Assembly: GCA_950097015.1 (NCBI GenBank)
Contig: CATNEN010000012.1
Location: 868,001-932,000, forward strand
DNA: 64,000 bases
From: Macrostomum hystrix
Taxonomy: Eukaryota > Animalia > Platyhelminthes
Direction of reading: 5' to 3'
Shown: positions 11,808 to 21,600 of the stretch, one piece after another
How positions within the stretch are numbered: the first letter of the stretch is position 1
Layout of the letters: every line of letters starts with the position of its first letter
Notes under the pieces: generated by a model
Seen by the model: only the letters and a program-made list of their open reading frames with translations
Told to the model about the DNA's origin: nothing
The model's database searches: none
Made by a program: the position numbers and the translations under genes

Positions 11808-12430
11808 GAGATTTCCACGTCGAGATTCGTCCCATGATTTCTGCACCGAGATTCCCTTCCGAGATTCCCTCCTGTCGAGATTCCCTCCCAAGATTCCCTC
11901 CTGAGATTCCCTCCCGAGATTCCCCCTCGAGATTCCCTTCCGAGATTCCCCCTCGAGATTCCCCCTCGAGATTCCCCCTCGAGATTCCCTCCCGTGATTC
12001 CCTTCCGAGATTCCCTTCCGAAATTCCCTCCCGAGATTCCCTCACGAGATTCCCTTTTGAGATTCCCTTTTGAGATTCCCTCACGAGATTCCCTCCCGAG
12101 ATTCCCTCACAAGATTCCCTTTTGAGATTCCCTCTTGAGATTCCCTCCCGAGATTCCCTCTTTAATTAAGATTCCCTCCTGAGATTCCCTTTTGAGATTC
12201 CCTCTTAAGATTCCATCCCGACATTCCCCTCCCCTGAGATTCCTGAGATAGGGAAATCTCATCTGAAAAATCTCAGAGGGGAAATCTCGACAGGGAAATC
12301 CCGGCAGGGAAATCCCGACAGGGAAATCCCGACAGGGAAATCCCGACAGGGAAATCCCGACAGGGAAATCCCGACAGGGAAATCCCGACAGGGAAATCCC
12401 GACAGGGAAATCCCGGCAGGGAAATCTCGT
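11808..12430. repeat. Opposed short-unit arrays: (GAGATTCCCT..)n at ~11808-12245 facing (GGGAAATCCCGACA)n at ~12270-12430
   Basis: The right-hand core is approximately the reverse complement of the left-hand core. Confidence 0.85.
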
Positions 12431-12839
12431 TAGGAAATTCTCGGTGGTCAACTCGTCTGTGGGCATTTCTTATAGGCTCGGTATGCATCCATTCGCAAAG
12501 CAACTAAAGTTCATGAAGAAATTAAATTAGGACATTGTTAGTATCAGCGGTGCACTGTTACTTTTCATAGAAATTCTAGACTAGACTGAAATGTGCAGAC
12601 ACTGAAATGGTGGGAAAAAGTTCAGCTACACTCCATAACATAATGATAAAAGAATGTCAAAAAATTAACTTTCATAAAAAATTATTTAATAAGTCGTTCA
12701 CATAAGACACTCCTAACTTGTCTTCATGAGCACTTTTACGCTAGCAGACGAAGTATAATATAAAAAACTAAATGACTCAGTAATCAGAAGACAGTCACGA
12801 TTAGACATAACTGGTAATCAGGGGTCATGAATCAACTCT

Positions 12840-13314
12840 AGACACAACTGATGGACCAGAAGATAACAGTGGACTCAACTGATGGACCTGAAGATAACAG
12901 TGGACAACTGATGGACCTGAAGATAACAGTGGACACAACTGATGGACCCGAAGATAACAGTAGACACACTGAAGGACCTGAACAGTAGACACACTGAAGG
13001 ACCTGAACAGTAGACACACTGAAGGACCTGAACAGTAGACACAACTGAAGGACCTGAACAGTAGACACACTGAAGGACCTGAACAGTAGACACAACTGAA
13101 GGACCTGAACAGTAGACACACTGAAGGACCTTAACAGTAGACACACTGAAGGACCTGAACAGTAGACACACTGCATGAAGGACCTGAACAGTAGACATAC
13201 TGAAGGACCTGAACAGTAGACACACTGAAGGACCTGAACAGTAGACACACTGCATGAAGGACCTGAACAGTAGACATACTGAAGGACCTGAACAGTAGAC
13301 ACACTGAAGGACCA
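12840..13314. repeat. Graded minisatellite (~31-bp GACACAACTGATGGACCTGAAGATAACAGTG changing to 25-bp GACACACTGAAGGACCTGAACAGTA)
   Basis: Direct tandem units that shorten and change from left to right. Confidence 0.9.
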
Positions 13315-14309
13315 GTGGGATGCGTATAAGCTGAAAGTGGAAATGAGGCTTTGTTTTGTAATTAAATCATAGAGAGACAATTAGCACTACTTGCAGAATT
13401 ATGAGTAGTAAAACTAGTTTAACTGACACTTAAATATTTAAAAGTGAAAGCAAAAGGCTTGAAGTGTGAGTTGACGCTACTGCGAATTCCTTGCCAAAGG
13501 AATTGGCAATTCTTTTTCGATTGCCAAATCAACTTAATCTGAGGACATCCCTTGGCCCCAGATAGCCAGTCTCGCAATGAAGTCAAATGCTTCAAACAGA
13601 GCAACCCGTCCATTGTCGCATTTTTCTACGCCCCATTTGGCTCCGATGCTGTCAAGGGTGGGTGAGGGACTGGCAGTGATGACTTGCAGCTGACACTAGA
13701 GTGCATTGCTGCTCACAGACCAGCGTACTCAATAGATTCTGCTCTCATGGGGAAGAGAGCGAGACTGTGTCCGCTGCTCAGAGCTCAAAGTGAGCTGGGA
13801 CACGAATCCCAAGCTCCGCCATCTCCCAGCTAGGGACGCGACCTCTCCCGTCTCTCGCCAAGCCCTTCTCTTCACCTCTTCTCTCTCCCTTCTATTGATT
13901 TGATTGCCACCCCAATCCAACCCTGCCCGCCTGTCCTCGAGTGCGCGTGTAGTAACGCTGCGATTTTTTTTAATGTGAGGCCGGTTTGGGGTGGGCTCCT
14001 GCTGGATGAAATCGCAGTGGCTCGCAGCGGGATCTGGGATCTGGGATCTGGGTAATATCCCTAAGGCCGCTGTAGTGAGAGAGAGCGCCCAGGCCTTGTT
14101 GTGTACATAAAACACAGGCGTTGACCTGGAGTTGCCAAGCTAGGAAAATCCCTAATCAGTTGGCTGCTTCTGTTGAGCAACTTAATTCTGCTTTGGCGCA
14201 TTGAGACAGGTGAGAGACCGCTATTATTATGAAGCCATATGATTTATATTTATATTTTCTAGGCATGCTCAGTGTCTTATGCTTGCAAAGGTTTTTGACA
14301 GGGCATGAC

Positions 14310-16402
14310 CCTGTTAGACAGAGCTTCACCCTGTTAGACAAAGCTTCATCCTGTTAGACAGAGCTTCACCCTGTTAGACAAAGCTTCACAATGTTAGACA
14401 GAGCTTCACCCTGTTAGACAGAGCTTCACCCTGTTAGACAGAGCTTCACCCTGTTAGACAGAGCTTCACAATGTTAGACAGAGCTTCACAATGTTAGACA
14501 GAGCTTCACAATGTTAGACAGAGCTTCACCCTGTTAGACAAAGCTTCAACCTGTTAGACAGAGCTTCACCCTGTTAGACAGAGCTTCACAATGTTAGACA
14601 GAGCTTCACCCTGTTAGACAGAGCTTCACCCTGTTAGACAAAGCTTCACTCTGTTAGACAGAGCTTCACAATGTTAGACAGAGCTTCACAATGTTAGACA
14701 GAGCTTCACAATGTTAGACAGAGCTTCACAATGTTAGACAGAGCTTCACAATGTTAGACAGAGCTTCACCCTGTTAGACAGAGCTTCACAATGTTAGACA
14801 GAGCTTCACCCTGTTAGACAGAGCTTGACAATGTTAGACAGAGCTTCACAATGTTAGACAGAGCTTCACAATGTTAGACAGAGCTTGACAATGTTAGACA
14901 AAGCTTGACAATGTTAGACAAAGCTTGACCCTGTTAGACAGAGCTTCACAATTGTTAGACAGAGCTTCACAATGTTAGACAGAGCTTCACAATGTTAGAC
15001 AGAGCTTCACAATGTTAGACAGAGCTTCACAATGTTAGACAGAGCTTCACAATGTTAGACAAAGCTTGACCCTGTTAGACAGAGCTTCACAATGTTAGAC
15101 AGAGCTTCACAATGTTAGACAGAGCTTCACAATGTTAGACAGAGCTTCACAATGTTAGACAGAGCTTCACAATGTTAGACAGAGCTTCACAATGTTAGAC
15201 AGAGCTTCACAATGTTAGACAGAGCTTCACAATGTTAGACAGAGCTTCACAATGTTAGACAGAGCTTCACAATGTTAGACAGAGCTTGACAATGTTAGAC
15301 AGAGCTTCACAATGTTAGACAGAGCTTCACAATGTTAGACAGAGCTTCACAATGTTAGACAGAGCTTCACAATGTTAGACAGAGCTTCACAATGTTAGAC
15401 AGAGCTTCACAATGTTAGACAGAGCTTCACAATGTTAGACAAAGCTTGACCCTGTTAGACAGAGCTTCACAATGTTAGACAAAGCTTGACCCTGTTAGAC
15501 AGAGCTTCACAATGTTAGACAGAGCTTCACAATGTTAGACAGAGCTTGACAATGTTAGACAAAGCTTGACAATGTTAGACAAAGCTTGACCCTGTTAGAC
15601 AGAGCTTCACAATTGTTAGACAGAGCTTCACAATGTTAGACAGAGCTTCACAATGTTAGACAGAGCTTCACAATGTTAGACAGAGCTTCACAATGTTGGA
15701 CAGAGCTTCACAATGTTAGACAAAGCTTGACCCTGTTAGACAGAGCTTCACAATGTTAGACAGAGCTTCACAATGTTAGACAGAGCTTCACAATGTTAGA
15801 CAGAGCTTCACAATGTTAGACAGAGCTTCACAATGTTAGACAGAGCTTCACAATGTTAGACAGAGCTTCACAATGTTAGACAGAGCTTGACAATGTTAGA
15901 CAGAGCTTCACAATGTTAGACAGAGCTTCACAATGTTAGACAGAGCTTCACAATGTTAGACAGAGCTTCACAATGTTAGACAGAGCTTCACAATGTTAGA
16001 CAGAGCTTTACAATGTTAGACAGAGCTTCACAATGTTAGACAAAGCTTCACAATGTTAGACAGAGCTTCACAATGTTAGACAGAGCTTCACAATGTTAGA
16101 CAGAGCTTCACCCTGTTAGACAGAGCTTCACAATGTTAGACAGAGCTTCACAATGTTAGACAAAGCTTGACCCTGTTAGACAGAGCTTCACAATGTTAGA
16201 CAGAGCTTCACAATGTTAGACAGAGCTTCACAATGTTAGACAGAGCTTCACAATGTTAGACAGAGCTTCACAATGTTAGACAGAGCTTCACCCTGTTAGA
16301 CAGAGCTTCACAATGTTAGACAGAGCTTCACAATGTTAGACAGAGCTTCACAATGTTAGACAGAGCTTCACAATGTTAGACAAAGCTTGACCCTGTTAGA
16401 CA
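14310..16402. repeat. Minisatellite, 20-bp unit GAGCTTCACAATGTTAGACA (~2.1 kb)
   Basis: About 100 copies with variants CCCTGTT and AAAGCTTGAC. Confidence 0.97.
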
Positions 16403-16814
16403 GGCTTCATACTGCAGTTCCATGGCAATGAATTCGAGTTTAACTTAGATTAAACAGAAACATATTATTGAATTGAATCGCACTGTGCCCACGGCTCATC
16501 AAAGCTTTAGTCATTTGTGCGCAGAAGTCGTTTCAATAGTTGCCCCAGAATCGATATCCTTCATCTAAATCTTCAATTCAGCATTATGCTTCGCAATAAA
16601 AATTCATCTGATTATAAGGATGCCTTCTTGTCTTCTGGGCTGAAAAAAAGCAGTCACTGGCAAAATCGAGAATTTCAGACACCAGCACCTCTTGGGCAAT
16701 CAGAGTGGAGCTGACTTGAGATTGAGGATGAGATCAGATGAGGTGGGATGACATGGACAGCTAGATGAGATGGAGGATGAGATTGTATGGGTTGATGAGA
16801 TTGTTGATAAAAAG

Positions 16815-18045
16815 AGACTGGAACTGAGACTGGAACTGAGACTGGAGCTGGGACTGGAAATGAGACTTGAACTGTGACCGGGGCTGAGACTGGAACTGAG
16901 ACAGGAAATGAGACTGGAACTGAGACTGGAGCTGGGACTGGAAATGAGACTTGAACTGTGACCGGGGCTGAGACTGGAACTGAGACTGGAGCTGAGACTG
17001 GAGCTGGATCTGGAGCTGGGACTGGAACTGAGACTGGAACTGAGACTGGAACTGAGACTGGAACTGAGACTGGAACTGAGACTGGAACTGAGACTGGAAC
17101 TGAGACTGGAACTGAGACTGGAACTGAGACTGGAACTGAGACTGGAACTGAGACTGGAGCTGAGACTGGAGCTGGATCTGGAGCTGGGACTGGAACTGAG
17201 ACTGGAACTGAGACTGGAACTGAGACTGGAACTGAGACTGGAACTGAGACTGGAACTGAGACTGGAACTGAGACAATGAGTCAGTAAGTGAGACTGTAAG
17301 TGAGACAACGAGTCAGAGACTGGGACTGGAACTGAGACTGAAAATGAGTCTGGAAATGAGACTGGAGCTGGGACTGGAAATGAGACTTGAACTGTGACCG
17401 GGGCCGAGACTGGAACTGAGACAGGAAATGAGACTGAAACTGAGACTGGAGCTGGGACTGGAAATGAGACTGGAACTGAGACTGAAAATGAGTCTGGAAA
17501 TGAGACTGGAGCTGGGACTGGAAATGAGACTTGAACTGTGACCGGGGCTGAGACTGGAGCTGTGACCGGAGCTGAGACTGGAGCTGGGACTGGAACTGAG
17601 GCTGAAAATGAGTTTGGAAATAAGACTGGAGCTGGGACTGGAACTGAGACTGGAGCTGAGACTGGAAATGAGACTGGAACTGAGACTGGAGCTGGGACTG
17701 GAACTGAGACTGAAAATGAGTTTGGAAATGAGACTGGAACTGAGACTGGAGCTGGGACTGGAACTGAGACTGAAAATGAGTTTGGAAATGAGACTGGAAC
17801 TGAGACTGGAGCTGGGACTGGAACTGAGACTGAAAATGAGTTTGGAAATGAGACTGGAACTGGGACTGGAAATGAGACTGGAACTGAGACTGGAGCTGAG
17901 ACTGGGAATGAGACTGTAACTGCGACTGTAAGTGAGACTGGAACTGAGGCTGGAACTGAGACTGAAAATGAGTCTGGAAATGAGACCGGAGCTGAGACTG
18001 GAACTGAGACAGGAAATGAGACTGGAACTGAGACTGGAACTGAGA
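16815..18045. repeat. Purine-rich repeat based on 12-bp GAACTGAGACTG with 6-bp submodules
   Basis: Long homogeneous core at 17030-17270; the ORFs over it (GTET/SSSL/QSQF repeats) are artefacts. Confidence 0.93.
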
Positions 18046-18608
18046 TTGGGTTTAAGGTGCTTCAATGCGAGAGTGACTTTGCAGGTGACTTTGGCTAGCT
18101 AGAAATCTAGACGGACTGTGAATAATTGCGAAATTAGAAGTTCACCAGATAAGCAATAAAAAGAGAATAAAAAGAAACAACTTCGAGATAACATTGCAAG
18201 TCTCCAAGTCAAAGGTACGAGGGGACCTGGCCAGGTGGCGAGAGTTCGGGTGGGGTGGGGCTCCCTGCCCAGTGACTCGACCCACGTGTTTTGTCGAGCG
18301 AATGAATGACTGCTCATTTGTTTCCAGCGAAAAGCTGAGACAGAATGAGAAGGTGAAAGAGAGACAGGCGGGTGATAGGCTGAGAGGCGAGTTGAAACTC
18401 GGTGTTTGACCTGCGCGGAGACCTGCACCCAGAGACGGGGAGAGAGCGAGTACAAATGTCATGTAGAAACTCGTAAAAATCCAGCAGCAAAACCAGTCAA
18501 TAGCAAGCTCAATTAGATATTCGTCTCTCGAGCAGCATTGCACCCCACCCTCCCCCCTTCGCAGTGAGTTGCCCAGCTCAAGTGCCCATTGAAACAACTG
18601 GAAAAGCA

Positions 18609-21600
18609 ATGTCTGAAGTAGCCGGATTCGGTCAGGACAGCCAGCAGGAGGACCTGCTCGGACTGGGCGCTCCGGCGCTCAACGCGGTGCCTCCTGCTGC
18701 GTCGGCGGAGGTCAACGTAGCCGACCTGCTCGGAGTCGGCAACGGCGAGACGCCATCGTCTAAGCAGGACAGCGACCCGTTTGACCTGCTGGCCAATGTC
18801 AACGCGGAACCGTCGGCGCCAGGGGCAGCGCCGCCGAATGCTCAGCAGCAGCTGCTGATGGAGGATTTTCTAAATGCGCCTGCACCCGATTTGGTTCCTA
18901 CAAGACGTGAGATTGGCCCTGAAGCCGCTCCTGAAGCCGCTCCTGAAGCCGCTCCTGAAGCCGCTCCTGAGGCCGCTCCTGAAGCCGCTCCTGAAGAAGT
19001 TCCAGTCGAAGCTTCAACAGCCGCGCCCGCAGTCACTCCAGTGTCCAAAGGCACCGCTAAATCGCCCAACAAATCTCCCGCGAAATCTCCCGCGAAATCC
19101 CCGTCGAAATCGCCCGCTAAAGCGCCGGCGAAATCGCCTACGAAGGCGCCGCTGGCCAAGTCTTCGGCCATACCGCGTGCCCAGCCTCCGCCAGCCTCCG
19201 ATCGGTGGGCCAAGAAGTCGCCAAAAGCACCAGACGCTGCGACCACAAGCGGCGAAAAGAAGAACGGCAAATCGCCGACTGACGCGTCCGCCTCTGCCGA
19301 CGCTGCGGTGAAGCTGCGCAAGAAGCCAGCAGCTCCGTCGACAACGACAGCGGCTACGGCGAAGGCTTCGCCAAGGCCGGCTTCGTCTGCGGCCGCCACT
19401 GGTACCGGAACCGGTGTCACCGCCGCCGCCAAGCCCAAGCCTTCGTCGGCGACAACGGCCACGACTAGCAGCCCGGCAAAGCGGGCGACGGCTGCGACTC
19501 GACCGGCGTCGACCGCGGCCGCCATCGGGTCGCCGGCTAAGTCGGCGGCTCGGCCGGCTTCGACGCTGCACTCGACAACAGCTGGCGGCAGGCAGCACAT
19601 CAGGGCCAGCACTGAGCCGGCCACGAAAGCTGCGGCTCGTGAGTTCCGCACGGAGTGTCCAACCTGCTGACTCGCCATCCTTTTTGACAAATAAACGGCT
19701 CCTAGAAAATGCTTCAAAGGCTTCTCTTCATCCCAATATTCAGTCGAATCATTCTACTTGAAAAAAATTAACTCACTCCCTGTTATGGATTCTGACAAGG
19801 TCATTGTGGGAGTCAGTTGGATATTGGGAAGCGAAGGAGAGGAAGGCAAGATTAGATGCACCGGGGTTCGACTGTTCGGGACTGGAATTATTTTCTATCG
19901 CCGTTGCAGCTCCCCTCAGCTGTCTCGCATGTACTTTTACCACACCCCTATATTAGGCCTTCCCGATTGATTCTGTAACTAGAATAAGTACATGAAAATG
20001 ATTGCACTTTTAAATATCCCACAGGACCAGCCAGGCCCGTCAGCACTTCACTATCGGTGAGCCCCCGCATTCGCTTCCTTATGAATGAACAGTCTTTTTT
20101 AAAATAACTGATTTATAACTGACTGCCTTCCCGCTGGACTTGCAGGCTTCCGCTGACTCCGGTAAGTGATCTAATTCAACTGTTTGACTGCGGATTCCTC
20201 TCAAGATAACCGCGAGTCGGGTGCATGGTTGCCTCATTGCTAGAAGGTTGTCGGGTGCATGGTTGCCTCATTGCTAGAAGGTTGTCGGGTGCATGGTTGC
20301 CTCATTGCTAGAAGGTTGTCGGGTGCATGGTTGCCTCATTGCTAGAAGGTTGTCGGGTGCATGGTTGCCTCATTGCTAGAAGGTTGTCGGGTGCATGGTT
20401 GCCTCATTGCTAGAAGGTTGTCGGGTGCATGGTTGCCTCATTGCTAGAAGGTTGTCGGGTGCATGGTTGCCTCATTGCTAGAAGGCTGTTGGGTGCATGG
20501 TTGCCTCATTGCTAGAAGGCTGTTGGGTGCATGGTTGCCTCATTGCTAGAAGGTTGTCGGGTGCATGGTTGCCTCATTGCTAGAAGGTTGTCGGGTGCAT
20601 GGTTGCCTCATTGCTAGAAGGTTGTCGGGTGCATGGTTGCCTCATTGCTAGAAGGTTGTCGGGTGCATGGTTGCCTCATTGCTAGAAGGTTGTCGGGTGC
20701 ATGGTTGCCTCATTGCTAGAAGGTTGTCGGGTGCATGGTTGCCTCATTGCTAGAAGGCTGTTGGGTGCATGGTTGCCTCATTGCTAGAAGGCTGTTGGGT
20801 GCATGGTTGCCTCATTGCTAGAAGGTTGTCGGGTGCATGGTTGCCTCATTGCTAGAAGGTTGTCGGTAGCATGGTTGCCTCATTGCTAGAAGGTTGTCGG
20901 GTGCATGGTTGCCTCATTGCTAGAAGGTTGTCGGGTGCATGGTTGCCTCATTGCTAGAAGGTTGTCGGTAGCATGGTTGCCTCATTGCTAGAAGGTTGTC
21001 GGGTGCATGGTTGCCTCATTGCTAGAAGGTTGTCGGGTGCATGGTTGCCTCATTGCTAGAAGACTGTCGGGTGCATGGTTGCCTCATTGCTAGAAGACTG
21101 TCGGTAGCATGGTTGCCTCATTGCTAGAAGGCTGTTGGGTGCATGGTTGCCTCATTGCTAGAAGGCTGTTGAGTGCATGGTTGCCTCATTGCTAGAAGAC
21201 TGTCGGGTGCATGGTTGCCTCATTGCTAGAAGGCTGTTGGGTGCATGGTTGCCTCATTGCTGGAAGACTGTTGGGTGCATGGTTGCCTCATTGCTGGAAG
21301 GTTGTCGGGTGCATGGTTGCCTCATTGCTAGAAGGTTGTCGGGTGCATGGTTGCCTCATTGCTGGAAGGTTGTCGGGTGCATGGTTGCCTCATTGCTAGA
21401 AGGTTGTCGGGTGCATGGTTGCCTCATTGCTAGAAGACTGTCGGGTGCATGGTTGCCTCATTGCTAGAAGACTGTCGGGTGCATGGTTGCCTCATTGCTA
21501 GAAGGCTGTTGGGTGCATGGTTGCCTCATTGCTAGAAGGCTGTTGAGTGCATGGTTGCCTCATTGCTAGAAGACTGTCGGGTGCATGGTTGCCTCATTGC

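Noticed and set aside
13720-13789. AG...GTGAGC-bounded segment, possible upstream exon of the tau-like gene
   Set aside because: Has a stop in the frame tested; could be a UTR exon but cannot be supported from sequence alone.
16700-18098. ORFs encoding GTET, SSSL, QSQF and LELR repeats (mucin- or antifreeze-like look)
   Set aside because: They are translations of a 12-bp DNA repeat open in several frames on both strands.
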